A DNA stretch of 64,000 bases from Azolla caroliniana (GCA_043228905.1 JBHGNT010000016.1:9920001-9984000), one strand, 5' to 3'; shown: positions 49,565-63,521, counted from the first letter of the stretch. Numbers and translations are program-made. The notes: generated by a model from the sequence alone, not told the origin.

Positions 49565-52500
49565 TGTTGAGCGGCAAGCTCAACCGGAGCCGGATCGGCT
49601 GAATAAGCCTGAGCCGATAAGCGAGATGAATCGGTATGCTGGTGAGCAACCGAGCCGGTAAGCAGTAAGGACCGGTGAGCTGGGGAGCCGGTATGCCGGA
49701 TCCAATCCGTAACCGGAAGCCTAGTATAGGTTAGACTACTAGGTAGTTATAGTCTCGTAGTTAGTGTCAGATGCTCGTGTGAGCATTGAAGTACACCGTA
49801 CTTCTAACAGTCTCGTGTGGACTTGTATAAATAGCGCTGATGAGCGCGTTGTAGATACAGAGAGCACAGAGTATTCATATAATTTTGAAAAATAGTGTGT
49901 CCTCTCTCTCTCTCTCTCTCCCGCGTACTCTCTCTCTCTCTCTTTGTGTATTGTTCTTTCTAACACTTCCGCAAGCAATCTTTAACATGGTATTAGAGCG
50001 CGTGGGTTGAGAACCTCTACTGCAGACATCTACGCTTGTGAAGGAAACCCGAACAGATCAGAAAATAGACACAAAAGGAGAAATGGATAGAGGTATGCCT
50101 ACGTCACTCCCGGTGGAGAAGCTCGACAGAACCAACTACGCATCTTGGTCATACAAGATGCACCAGTACCTGCTTGGGCATGGCTACTGGAGTTATGTCG
50201 ACGGAGTGAACGACTCAGCACCGGAGACGACACACAAGGACTTCCCCGTGTGGGAACAGGCGGCAAGCAGGGTGATGTACTGCTTCGCGTCCAGTGTCGG
50301 TGACCAGCTGCTCAGCCAGATCCGTGACGCCAAGACACCGAAGGATGCTTGGGGAAACTTGAAAAAGGTCTTCGCCGCAAGCACCACTGCCCGGAAGCTG
50401 CAACTCAGACAGGAGTTGAGCAATGTTCAACAGAAGAACATGTCGGTGGCAGATTACATAGCCCGGATCATAGGGATCTGTGACTCGCTTGCCTCTATTA
50501 ACGTCACCGTAGAGGAAGACGAGATGGTGCAAGTCTGTCTTGGAGGCCTGGCGTCCAAGTTCAGAGCTTTCTGGACTGCGGTTTGTGCAAGGGAGAATAC
50601 GCCCTCATTTTTCGACTTACAGTCGATGCTCCTTGTAGAGGAGAACCACACCGATGCATCTACCAGTGCATCCCCAGACAACCGGATATTGTACACGGGA
50701 GCGGATCGGTCCCGCGGGCTTGGTGGACGAGGCAGGTCGGCACGCAATGGAGGCGGCCGACAAGAGCAGGAACAAAGGCACAGTGAGTGTGCCGACAACA
50801 GTTCCGGGACTTCCACAAGCAAAGGGAGTCAAGGTGGTGCCGGAGGCCGGCAAGACAAATCTGCTACGGAATGTTGGTACTGTGGCAAAAAGGACCACAG
50901 GGAAAGAGAGTGCTGGAGAAAGCATGCCGATTCGGACAAATCCGGATCTGGCAAGACCGGTAAGGAAGGCCGGCAAAGCTCGCACTACGCAAACGGATCA
51001 GGAGGATCCAAGAACGGTAAGGGGCCAGCCTTGGTGATGAAGCATAAGGCAAACTCAATGAAGAAGGCCACTTCCAAATCGGAGGAAGTGTGGTACGTTG
51101 ACTCCGGCGCATCGAACCACATGACGAGCCACGAGGAGTGGTTCTCCTTTTTGGACGAGCCGGATCAACCGGGAGTTGTCGAAACCGAAGACGACACTCC
51201 CCACCCGATCGTGCATGTCGGAGAAGTCCCTTTGAGCCACGTCGGACAGAGGGGGAAGCTGATGAATGTATTACATGTTTCGACGATCACGAAGAACTTG
51301 GTGTCGATCGGACAGATCGTCGACCAGGGGATGCAGGTGCGGTTTACGCACCTTGGGTGCTTCATTGAGGATGAGGGCAAAGTTATTGTGCAAGGGCGCA
51401 GAGATGGGAGGATGTTTATCCTCAACACCAATGACGTCGGCACCGCACTGTTCACCAAAGGACAGAAGGTCGAGTCAGATATTGACCTGTGGCACAAGTG
51501 GATCGGTCACGTCAACTACCGGAGGCATCAAGACCTGCAAACGGAACAAGTCGTTTTTGGTTTGCCGAAGTTTAGCGGCCAGATTTGTGAAGCCTGCCAA
51601 CTCGGGAAGCAACACCGGCTTCCATTCCCCACCGAAAGAAATCGAAGCCGTAACAAGCTCGATCTTATCCATTCGGATGTGTGGGGACCAGCACAAAATG
51701 TTAGCATTGGTGGGAGTCGATATTTCGTCTCCTTCATCGACGACTACACGCGGCATACATGGATCTACCTCATTGAGCGGAAGAGAGAAGTCTTCGAGTG
51801 TTTCCGGAGCCTCCAGAAGATGGTGGAACGGGAATCGGAGAGGAAGATCAAATGCCTATGGTTGGATGGCGGAAAAGAGTACTTTTCCGGCCAATTCAAC
51901 CACTATCTGCAACAAAAAGGAATTCAGCGAGAATTCAGTTGCAGATACACACCACAACAGAACGGTGTGGCCGAAAGGAAGAATCGGTCACTGATTGACG
52001 CAGCTAGGGCAATGCTTGAGGAAAAGAGCATGCCCAAGTTCTACTGGGCGGAGGCAATCCAAATGGTCGTTTACATCCGGAACCGGATCGGGGACAAGGT
52101 GTTAGCTCACGAGCTGTATTTCGGGCACAAGCGGAATTTGAGACACCTCCGGATATTCGGCAGCATAGCCTATGTACATGTGCCGGATGAGAAGCGGAGA
52201 AAACTAGATGCAAAATCGGAAAAATGCATCCTAGTCGGCTATGCTCAAGAGCAAAAGGGGTATAAGTGTTATAACCCCCGGACGAAGCAGGTCCGAGTCA
52301 GCTGAGATGTCGAGTTTGATGAATCGACATCGTGGTATTCCTTACCAACTCCGACTTCCGATCCCGACCCAATGTCGGAGGATGGGGCTAGTGACCCTGA
52401 ACCGGCCCAGGTAGAGAAAGATGAAGTTGGGACTCAAGATGAGAGTCTGGAATCGTTCTGGTTAAGCGGACCGAATGAGAGACTGGATCAGTCCAACCAA

Positions 52501-55472
52501 TCAGATGATGAGACGGCGAGTAATGGAGACTCTATCGTGCTCTCCCCGCGCAAGGAACCGAGAAGATGGTTCACACGCAAAGAGAAAGGGAAGCACAAGA
52601 TGCCAGAATTCGAGACCGGCAATGATGAGTCGGATCGGTGCATATCTGACTTCGGCAAGGACATAGGCAGATCTTCGGGAATGAAGACCGAACCGGCCAA
52701 GAAGGGTCTCATACCGGGTAACGGTGAGTTACGCTGGTCCACCCGCCAGAAGGATCCCGTTAAACGATACGGGTATAACGAGTACATGGCGCATCATTAT
52801 GCGTACATGACCAAGGTCGTGGAAGTGCGTGAGCTGGAGAGCTATGCAGAAGCGGCAAAGGACGCAAATTGGCGTGCCGCTATGGAGGAAGAAATGCAGG
52901 CACTGGATGCCAACGGAACTTGGGACCTAGTTGACCCTCCCCGTCACTGTAAACTGATCGGATGCAAGTGGGTGTACAAGTTAAGGTACAATGTCGACGG
53001 TACAGTTAACCGGTACAAGGCCCGGTTAGTGGCGAAGGGATATGCGCAGACCCACGGAATCAACTACGACGAGACCTTCGCTCCTGTAGCGAAAATGACG
53101 ACGGTTCTTGTGGTACTGGCGGTTGCTGCGGCAAGGGGGTGGCATCTTCATTAGATGGATGTGAAGAATGTCTTCCTTCGAGGAGATCTTGAAGAAGAAG
53201 TCTTTATGACTCAGCCCCCTGGATTTCAGTCGGAGGTGAACAAGTCGTCGGTATGCCGGCTGACGAAGTCGTTGTACGGCTTGAAGCAAGCCCCCCGTGC
53301 TTGGAATGCTAAGATCACGCACCGGTTGCGAAAGATGGGGTTTGTTGCCTCTAAGTCAGACTCTTCCTTGTTCATCCGTCAAGGCTCAAATGGTCCGGTA
53401 TGTATCTTACTCTATGTTGATGATTTAGTCATCACCGGCCCAGGTCTTCCGGAAATCAACCGCGTCAAGTCCCAGTTGTCGGACGCATTCGATATGAAGG
53501 ACTTGGGGGACCTTCATTATTTTTTGGGGATCGAGGTGATCCGCACCCCCAACGGCATATTGCTTTCTCAACGCCATTATGTGTTGAATATACTATACAA
53601 GTTTGGCATGACGGAATGCCGACCTGTCTCCACACCCCTGGACCGGAATCAGAAGATCCATCCCAACTCCGGACCAGCCTGCGATGAGAAAAGGTTCTGA
53701 CAAATAGTCGGAAGCCTGATCTACTTGACCATCACCCGACCCGACATTAGCTATTCGGTCGGAGTGGTAAGCCAATTCATGTAGAAGCCGACCGTGGAGC
53801 ACCTTCAATGCGTGCAACGAATACTGAGGTATGTAAGCGGCACTAAGGACCGGGGGCTCTTATACCGGCAAGGTATAACCGAAGAGCTTATCGGCTACAC
53901 AGATGCCGACTGGGTTGGCGATGCAACGGATCGTCACTCAACTTCCGGCTTTATGTTTTCTCTTGGGAGCGCGGATGTTGCGTGGAGCAGCAAAAAGCAG
54001 CCAACAGTGGCTCTATCCAGCACTGAGGCTGAATACCGAGGCGCGACCGTTGCCACCTGCGAAGCCATTTGGCTTCGGGGACTACTGCAAGACCTACGGA
54101 TCGAGGTACCGACCCCGATCCTGATCTACTGCGATAACCTCAACAACATGCAGCTCGCCAAAAACCCTATGTTCCATGCATTATCACTTCGTGCATGAGC
54201 AGGTCCTGAGCGGTGAAGTTGAACTACGGTATGTTCACACGGATCAGCAAGTTGCCGACATCTTCACCAAACCGCTTGGGTTGGACAAGTTGCAGCACTT
54301 TACTGAAATGCTTGGTGTTCAGCATCTCGACGTGCTGCACTTGAGGGGGAGACGCAAAGGCAAAAAAACTGTTGAACCCGTAGGTAAGAGAAGAACCGGT
54401 AGAGGTGGAGACAAGAAGAAAAATGAAGCTAAGTCGACGAAGGAAGTCGGCACATCCGAACAGGTCGGAGTGAGCGGCTGTGAAGAAGAAGTGTACACTC
54501 AGGAAGAGAAGTGCATGCTATGCGAAGGTCATCACGATCGTAATGGCCATGATGCGGAGTCGAATGAAGAATTCGACTTCGGTGAACCGGCTGAAGAAAC
54601 CAAGGGAAGCACGGAGAAGGCCAAGACCCAGACGTGGTCCGATGTGGTGAGAGGCCTGAAGCCGAAAATCGAATCGGAGGATACCAATTCGGACAAGAGC
54701 TGGAACGAGTCGGAGACAGCCGTTTCGGATCAACAAACGGATCCGGATGAGTCGAATCAACGAGAGGTCAAGGAGACACGGACACAGCGGAAGTCGATGC
54801 CATCGCGGAGGAACCGACAGATAGGGAAGTGCTAGAGTCATAGCAGCGAAGGAGCTGAGATGGGCCTATTGAGCAAACATGCCGAAGGTCGAGGCGCGCA
54901 GAACCAAAGGGGTCACGGCAAACGGGACCGAACCAGACAAGGAGAGCAAGCAAGGCGAAGCGACGCCAGGAGAAGTCGGTTGGAAGAACCGGCTGCCACA
55001 GAGGTTGACACTACGACCCTACCTCAGGTTGAGCTTGAGGGGGAGTGTTGAGTGGCAAGCTCAACCAGAGCCGGATCGGCTGAATAAGCTTGAGCCGGTA
55101 AGCGAGATGAATCGGTATGCCGGTGAGCAACCGAGCCGGTAAGCAGTAAGGACCGGTGAGCTGGGGAGCCGGTATGCCGGATCCAATCCGTAACCGGAAG
55201 CCTAGTATAGGTTAGACTACTAGGTAGTTATAGTCTCGTAGTTAGTGTCAGATGCTCGTGTGAGCATTGAAGTACACCGTACTTCTAACAGTCTCGTGTG
55301 GACTTGTATAAATAGCGCTGATGAGCGCGTTGTAGATACAGAGAGCACAGAGTATTCATATAATTTTGAAAAATAGTGTGTCCTCTCTCTCTCTCTCTCT
55401 GTCTCTCCCGCGTACTCTCTCTCTCTCTTTGTGTATTGTTCTTTCTAACGCTTCCGCAAGCAATCTTTAACA
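49565..55472 (+). mobile_element. Full-length Copia inserted in the LTR of a relative
   Basis: LTRs 49565-49987 and 55046-55472; TSD ATTAT; PBS TGGTATTAGAGC 49988-49999; PPT TTGAGGGGGAG 55035-55045. Confidence 0.95.
50083..54835 (+). pseudogene. Copia gag-pol polyprotein with nonsense mutations
   Basis: CWYCGKKDHREREC, WYVDSGAS, NGVAER, YVDD, ADIFTKPL; in-frame stops at 52303, 53152, 53698. Confidence 0.93.
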
Positions 55473-55477
55473 ATTAT

Positions 55478-55749
55478 CAAAAACTCTGTAAAATTCTCTG
55501 TACATACAACATGCTCAACAACACTATTTATAGAAGTCCTAAGAGGACTGACAGAAGTACGGTGTACTTCAATGCTCACACGAGCATCTGACACTAACTA
55601 TGAGACATTAACTACCTAGTAGTCTAGGCTACTACTAGGCTTCCGGTTACTGCTGGATTCGGCTAACCGGCTCCCCAACTCATCGACTCACCGATCCGGC
55701 TCATCCTTCCGGATTCCGATCCGTATCCGGTTGAGCTTGCCGCTCAATA
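55478..55749 (-). repeat. Remainder of the host Copia 5' LTR
   Basis: Reverse-complement similarity to 49565-49830; ends GCTCAATA. Confidence 0.85.
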
Positions 55750-55764
55750 CTAGCCTTTGAAAGT

Positions 55765-56165
55765 GATAGCTACTTAGTTAACATTGGGAAGAGTAGTAGC
55801 TAAATAGCTAATTAGTGGTAGTTGATTAGCTAACACTAGGAAGAGTGGAAGCTAAATAGCTAAGGTAGTGGAATGTGTGGTAGCGAATTACGTACAATTG
55901 CAGTTAAATATCTAAAGAGTGAGAGCTAAATAGCTAAAGAGTGAGAGCTAAATAGTTAATTAGCTATAGATGTACAAGAGTAGTAGCTAACTAGCTATAG
56001 ATGTACAAGAGTAGTAGCTAAATAGTTATAGATGTACAAGAGTAGTAGCTAAATAGTGAACATTGGGAATAGTCGTAGCTAAATAGCTTTCCACGAAGAC
56101 ATGTAAGGTGGTAGCTAAATAACTATAGCTTGCCAGAATTACCAACCACAAATTAGCTAATACAT
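55765..56165. repeat. Degenerate tandem minisatellite
   Basis: Repeated AGAGTAGTAGCTAAATAG(C/T)TA units. Confidence 0.8.
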
Positions 56166-58255
56166 GTTGTTGTAGAACCTCGGGGATTAAGTTGTGTGGA
56201 TGATGTGTCTGATCGAGATGACGTTGCAATGGTCAAGGAGTTATTTGGCAATGTGGCTGATAGTAAGAGTCTTGCCCAGTCATCTCCTTCATATCAACTT
56301 CACCCTATTCTGATGGAAGATTGTAGTGAATTGGGAAAGTCTATGAAAAAGAATGAAATAGGCGACCTATCGTGTAAATCGGAGGTGCATAATAACAATG
56401 TTTTTGAACACTTTATGCAGCAATTCTTCAAGTCCCAGAACCTTGAATCAACCCCACCGAGCCCAAAACTTGATGACGTTGTAGCAGATCCCACTCTTCT
56501 TGAACAACTAGCGCAAGAAGCTGTTGATGCACGTTCGGAGGAGGCGGTGGATAGGTTGTTGGAGGAGGACACACTTGCTCAATGGGTGAAAGAAGCAAGG
56601 GAAAATAGGCAACCGTCTAGAAAAAGGCTGAAGAAGGGGGCTCGATCGGGGACAAGACCAATTACTCGATCAAGGGGCGAGGCCACAATGTTTAGTGGAA
56701 TAGATATGCAACTATTATTCCTTGCGAAAATTAATGTATAATTGATGTATGAACAAGTTGTTGTCTTTGTCGACTGACACAAAGGGTCAGACGTCTTAAT
56801 CACTAAGTCGTCTTATCAAGAAGATTGTGGTTAATGATGGAATGGTTGCCGACTATGATAATTACTTACTCAAAACATCACACAGATATTAATTACTCCG
56901 AGTTAATTAATATAAATATGAAATATGAGCTTGATCGACTAATAGTTATAAATATAATCTGTGTAACATGCGAATTAAATAGAGCATACAATGTGTTCAT
57001 AGATGCTCCACCCTCTTCTAACTGTTTTGCAAGGATGTGTTCATAGAAGTCATGGGAAGCTCCATAGGATAGAGTTGTTTGAGTTCTATTTTGGCGACTT
57101 CCTATGATAGAACTCCTTGGATCATTTTGTGTGAACTTCGTATTCACATTCTCTTGTGTTGAAGTCAACATTAAAGTCAGAATAATATACCAAGCATCTT
57201 CATTAGAAAGGACATTGAATCCACAAGATTTGTTGTTTCCATAAACCTTGAACCATGCCAAGAAATTTGCTTGCTATTGATCGTGAGGAAATTCATTCCC
57301 CTTTTCCTTCCATGTTTTTTTTTTCTAAAACAAGATCATATATAATATTAAATGAGAAAACTAATTATGTAAATATAAAGAGATACAAAGGGAGAAGCAA
57401 TTATAAATACCATAGAATTACAACAGTTTTGGCAACATGATTCAAATGATTTGAATTACAAAGCCCTTTTACATAGGGTCAAGATATTAAGGGAGAGTAG
57501 AGATCAGATATAAAACTCTTGAAGGATATCATTTAGTTTCAACATGGTGAAATTGATTACCACACTGCCTTGGTCGTTGTAGGTCTACTAGACACCCTCA
57601 TGATTCACTACACATGGTTTAGTTTCTTGTCGACGCTTGGGTGCTCAAAATCTCATAATAGTGAACCCAAAAATGAGCTCTCTTGCTAGTTCATTATTTA
57701 CAACATTTTCTGGTACTCTCTTCTTGGATAAAAATAGTATTCTCTCTTTTAACATGCACCATTCGTTTTTCTTTTGAACATGCACTTGATCTTACCCTAG
57801 GTGCCTAGTTTTTGCAACAATATTTGTCATTGTTTTCATATTTATCGTTTTAGCTATGTATTGATTGTATCATTTTCTTTGGTGATTGCTTGAACGTGAA
57901 TTCCAAGCTATTGTAAAACTTGATTTTTAGGCACTTTTCTCCCGTTGCACGTGCCAGACCACGACATATTGGTGTCCATAAGATTCGAGATTCGAGATCC
58001 ATTTCAGTAAAAGCCATAGTGACACACGATCACTAATTGCATCATAAACAAATCTTAATAAGTATGGAATGAGAAAGAGGAGAAAATATACAGAACAAAT
58101 TAAAATGAATATAACCAGATTAATAGATTTGCCTAAGGTAGGGCTAGGAGTGAAATATCTTGTTGTCTACTACGCATTTAACATTCAACGTGAAATGAAT
58201 TAGGTGAGCTAAACCTTCTACCCTTGAAAGATATGTCCAAATGGGGCATATGGCC

Positions 58256-58258
<3 letters not shown>

Positions 58259-58299
<41 letters not shown>

Positions 58300-58460
58300 A
58301 AAAAGAGAGAAGAAGAAAGGGAGGGGGTGGTTCCTTGTTCCTTCCTTATCACTATCTATCTATCATCCGGTAGAAGCGACACGTGGACAAGCCCCATCCG
58401 TTGGCGACCAATGGAGTGCGCGGATTCCTGGAGGGATAAATACAAAATGCTTTATTAAAC
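58259..58460 (+). promoter_or_regulatory. Light-responsive LHC promoter
   Basis: (GA)n 58259-58297; reversed I-box CCTTATC 58344-58350; G-box CACGTG 58380-58385; CCAAT 58408-58412; GGATAA and TTTATTAAA near 58434-58459. Confidence 0.7.
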
Positions 58461-58591
58461 CCCCTTCAGATCCGACTGCCTCTCAAAACAACATAACAAC
58501 AACATCCCACGAACGGAAGGAAGAAAACGTTAGTTAGTTAGAGATCGATCAGGACGAAGAAGAAGAAGAAGCAGTAGTGTGACAGACAGCT

Positions 58592-58884
58592 ATGGCTTCT
58601 TCAGCTGTGGCCGCCTCCACCTCCTCAGTTTCTTCCCTGCATTCTTCATCTCTCTGCCCGGCGACATCATCGTCATCATCATCATCATCATCTCCTCCTT
58701 CATCGTCGTACCTTAAATCTTGCCCGTCTCTCTCCTTTGCTCCTTCCAATGGTGCCCGCCTCGTCTGTATGGCCACCAAGAAGGTCTCCGCTAAGCCAGT
58801 GCCTTCTTCCTCCGGAAAAAAGTCATGGCTCCCTGGTGTCAAAGGAGGAGGTGACCTAGTCGATCCTGAGTGGCTAGATGGATC
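58592..58884 (+). CDS. LHCB6: Chlorophyll a/b-binding protein CP24, exon 1 (transit peptide and N-terminus)
   Basis: Ser-rich transit peptide, [23 protein letters not shown]; donor GTGAGT at 58885 (phase 2). Confidence 0.93.
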
Positions 58885-59422
58885 GTGAGTCTACTCTCCT
58901 GCTCTCAACCTTCATTCTTTTTCCCTTTCCCTGCGTTTCTCTGTCATTAATCTGTCACATTCTCCAGGCATTTGAATGCCGGGAAATATGATGCTTTGGC
59001 GCATATGCTGAAATGCATAAAATAAATGGTGGATTGAAGCTTTGTGAGGATAAGGTTCTAGTTGAAGATGTTTTAAGGCTTTAAAGTTCAACTTCTAAAT
59101 GGATAAGATTTTGAGTATGCCTGTTGGAAAAGGATAAGATTTTAGCTATGCCCGCCAGCAGCTTTTAACACATTTTCTGTGCCTGCAAGAATGCATTAGT
59201 GTCTTTCCTGTGACTAGAGCCATGTCTGTAAAGCCATTATTATTAGCAAAGATGATCGTTTTGGTACTCGTTGAAGCCATCAATCTATCCCTCTCTGTTA
59301 GAATGACAATGCTTTCTTTATCTGGTTCCTATAAACCACTATTCTTGATTCATAAGGCCTGCATATCTCATATATATATATATACATTTTCATGTTTTTT
59401 TTTCCTAAATGACGATACACAG

Positions 59423-59972
59423 ATTACCTGGAGATTTCGGCTTTGATCCACTTGGTCTAGGGAAGGATCCAGCTGCATTGAAATGGTACCGAGAAGCCGA
59501 GCTGATCCATGGGCGGTGGGCGATGGCAGCGGTGTTGGGGATATTTGTCGGCCAAGCATGGAGCGGCATTCCATGGTTTGAGGCTGGGGCTGCACCTGGT
59601 GCTGTAGCCCCATTCTCCTTTGGAACCCTTCTTGGAACCCAGCTCTTGTTAATGGGATGGGTTGAGAGTAAGAGATGGGTTGATTTCTTCGATCCTGGGA
59701 CTCAATCTGTCGAGTGGGCCACTCCATGGTCAGGTACTTATGAGAATTTTGCTAACTCCACGGGCCTTCAAGGTTACCCTGGTGGCAAGTTTTTTGATCC
59801 TCTCTCACTGGCTGGTGAATTGAAGAATGGAAAGTATATCCCTGATTACACTAAGCTTGAGAGGCTTCAGACAGCCGAGATTAAGCATTCTCGCCTCGCT
59901 ATGATTGCTATGCTTATCTTCTACTTTGAGGCCGGTCAGGGCAAGACCCCCCTTGGTGCTCTTGGCTTGTAA
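59423..59972 (+). CDS. LHCB6: Chlorophyll a/b-binding protein CP24, exon 2
   Basis: Acceptor CAG ending 59422; [33 protein letters not shown]-terminus [14 protein letters not shown] typical of CP24; spliced product 280 aa. Confidence 0.96.
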
Positions 59973-61899
59973 GATTTGTTTGTTCTAGCTGTGTTGAATA
60001 TTGTCAGATTTCCCTTCCCTTCTCTTACGTTTGTTTTAGGTTCTTTAACTTTATGTAATTGTAATGTCTGCCTTGTATCGTAACACATTATATTTTTGTG
60101 AAGGAAATCTGATTGAATGGAACTGCCCATGATGAGTGCTGTTGTTCACTCCTCTATCTAGTATGGTTATGGGTTTGCCATGCAACTTACTTATATGCTA
60201 GAAGGACCAAAACGAACTATGAAGAAGAAGAAGAAGAAGAAGGATGAAATGGAACATTGCCATAGTGGCAATATGCTTGTAATTTACATTTACATAGGCC
60301 AGCCATGCATATGCACTGAGTTGCCATTCTTTGCTGGTTTTTTATTTGTGCCGGGGTGGGGGGGACCAGTGAGTGACGTAGTTGGTATATAGGAGAAGGT
60401 GGGAAGATAAATGTACTACTAACTACTCTACTTGGGATTAGATTAGATTAAATATATGTACATACCAAACACATATGTGTTATGATTTGCGTAGTAGGGT
60501 AGGGTAAATAGGAGATGCTACTGCAATGGGACTGACCGGCTTCAGGGCAATGTGATTGCTGTCACGCTGCACACATATGGTAAGTGAGTGACATGATGAT
60601 CATCAGTTTACAAAACTTTCGAGGTCACAAACATATGAGTTTCTAAGGTAATGAAGTTTTGGATAGCGTCATGCCAAACTTAACCGTCCAACTCCTAGGG
60701 ATGCTTGATGTGCTTCTAGTCTTAACTGTGCATGGATATCAAATCTATATAGTTGTGCATGGAATGCTGACATAGAATAAAAGTTTGGCTAAAATGTCCC
60801 CAACCTTCTACGGAACTCCTAAAATGCTCCTCTCGTTTATAAACTTCTCGCTTTAAATTTCTCGAACAAGTGATTCGAATACTTTGAGAATTTGGAAAAT
60901 GAGGGGTTCTCTAAAATTTTGAATGTTTTTGGGCAATTTCCCTAGATGATATCGAATACTATTTATATGAATAATTTGGAAAAAATGCGGGTTGTTTCGA
61001 AATTATAAAAATGTTTTCATAACTATCCTAAAAAGTTTATAATTACATGCCCAAATATCCTAATAATTTCTTTTCAAAATAAAGGCCTCTTGAACCACTT
61101 AGAGCTGAGGTTTGTTAGCATTGCCATTCGTAGTTTAATGATATCATTTTCAGAATGTCAGTTATAGTATGCAATGGTGTCATTCATTGTCATGTTTCTC
61201 GAGCGTGTGTGTGTTGCTCAAGCGGGACCACCGAGGACTTGGACTAGGGAAGATATGATGCCAATGCAGAAGTGCTTGGAACAGCATCTTTCACTCAAAT
61301 GGGTGCTTGTCTTGACAGCTTGATTTGAGTAGAGGGCTTGATCTAAGTAGAGGGCTTCATTTGACTTGAGGACTTGATTTGAGTAGAGGGCTTGGGACAT
61401 AGATTTCAGGTCTATTCTTGATTAGGCACAGATTACACTTAATCAAGATTATGAAGTTTAAATTGAACTTGGTCGAGATTACAATGTCACACAACTTGAG
61501 ATGAACTTGATCAAAGTTTGAATACAATTGAAAACCTTTTTAATGTACGGTTCAACTATGGTGAAGTTACAAAATAAATAAATAATTATAGGAGGTTTTT
61601 CGAGTTTGATCTTGTCGATGTAGCTTTCCACACGTCTTGGTTTAAACTCGCCTTGGTTCCATCTAGCTCTACTTGGCGTACATGGCATCATCATTTATTT
61701 AAGTTGCCATATATAGTCCAAACCACCATTTTGAAAATTCCCAAATAGAGTTGTATTGGTTATCAAGGCTACTATACTATGTAAGGGCTTTTTCTTCTTT
61801 TTCAAATTTCCTATAGTCGATGCTTCTTGTCAAATCTAGCTTTGTTCTTGACCCTCCTCGCCTTTAACCGCTATGGCCTAACCCAATGTCCTTAGGTTA

Positions 61900-63480
61900 T
61901 CTTTCGAGCCACTTGATCGTCGTCGTTAGACTATCTTCCCTATTAATTTGTTTCTCCCATGGCATTGGCACCCATGGCATAATTTCCATTGCAATAGATA
62001 TAATTTCTTTTGACCATACATTGGCTCAATCAACAAAAATCTTGCCACTATGGTAGGAGTGGTTCCATCTGCCCACACAACATAGGGTATCAATGCTAAA
62101 CTCTTACTTTTCCCACACAAACATTGACAATAGCTTTATCGATTGGGTTATGCTCATGTTCCACCTTCTCCTTGGCTTTTGGATTATATAAACTATGGTA
62201 AAGGAACTCTTAATACCTAATCACACAAAGTTCTCTACATTTGTTTGCGTCCAAGTCTCCTATATATGCTACTCTTTTTTCCATGCACCCATATGAACAT
62301 ATGACATCCCTAACAGAAACTGCACATCGTCATCATCATTTTATTTCTTAAGACCCTTTCACTTTATTCATAAGATCCTCACTTGTTAACAAGTACTTCA
62401 TTTGCCCCGCTCTCATAGGCATAACCATATATTACCATCCAATTGTAATGTTCCCGTCTTCTTCTAGTTGGATGTTTCAACAAATAATGTCATTGTAGAA
62501 GATACTTATATGCCCTTCTTTCAGATCTTTTGTGCTTCTATATAACATGAAGAGTATCTTGTCATTGAGCTTAAGAATCTCTCTATGTGCAACCATTCTC
62601 CTACATAAGTGCTAGTACTTATGAAGGAGAATGGTACTTATGATCCTTGTTGAAAGCATTGAGTGTTAGTACTTTTCGTTTCATCAATAGTTGTATGATT
62701 TGCTTCAAATAAATCAAGATCCACATCTTCGTCATCCAATTGCATTTCACCTTTTCCTTTATATCTAGCTCTAAACAACAATTTTGCCTTGAAATTATGC
62801 TTCCCCGCCATGCGATAAGTTTCAAGCTCATTGTATATGCTAACCACCTTAGCATAGGCAATGCCACAAGTAGTGCACCTTGATATCATCTAAAGAATTG
62901 GAAGAAAATCTTTTTCGGATATGAACATTGTGACTCTTAAGTAGTGCTTGTCTGCATTTTTGCATATATGCTGCCCCATACATCCCGCTTTACTTGGGCA
63001 TAATCCCTTTATCTTTCACTTAACTTTGCCCTCGAATCAGACTACTTATTGGGCCCTTTTTCTATTTCCCTAATGGATGACACGAATAATTCTAGTAGGG
63101 CTCCTATATATGGTCACGTAGACAAGCACCCCTTATACATGACCTTCCTTAATCTTGGAGTCTCTAGAAACATTCCTTTCAACCTCTCTATGGATTTTGT
63201 ATGCTTTTGTTATATCTGTATTGCCCACAACTAGCTGAAACTAGTCATACCATGATTATAGATCCTCAATCAAATAAATTGACCTTCTCACAAAAGTTTC
63301 AACAAACTCGACAATATTTGGCTCTACCTTTGCATTGTGAATCATTACCTTGTTGTTAGGTTGAAGGTCTTGACTGAAGCACAAGGACCAATTCTTCTTC
63401 AGTACTATGAATTACCTATTCAAATAAGGAGCATTTGATGGCTCATGAATTCCCATATTCATTACTCTTGGCACTAAAAT
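61900..63480 (-). pseudogene. Very old Gypsy pol remnant (RT, RNase H, integrase)
   Basis: Manual translation gives EPSNAPY..KKN..QDLQPNNKV, a GKHN..LLFRARY RNase H tail and YNPKAKEKVEH integrase-like words; heavily mutated. Confidence 0.55.
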
Positions 63481-63521
63481 TGGCTTGTAACACCATGGTA
63501 CATGGGGAATATAAAAATAAT

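Noticed and set aside
59409-59972. Standalone single-exon LHC gene starting at 59409
   Set aside because: That ATG lies in the intron; canonical GT-AG splicing from 58884 restores the conserved WLDGSLPGD motif.
61300-61400. Short tandem GACTTGATTTGAGTAGAGGGCTT repeats
   Set aside because: A few degenerate units, probably the 3' region of the adjacent decayed Gypsy.
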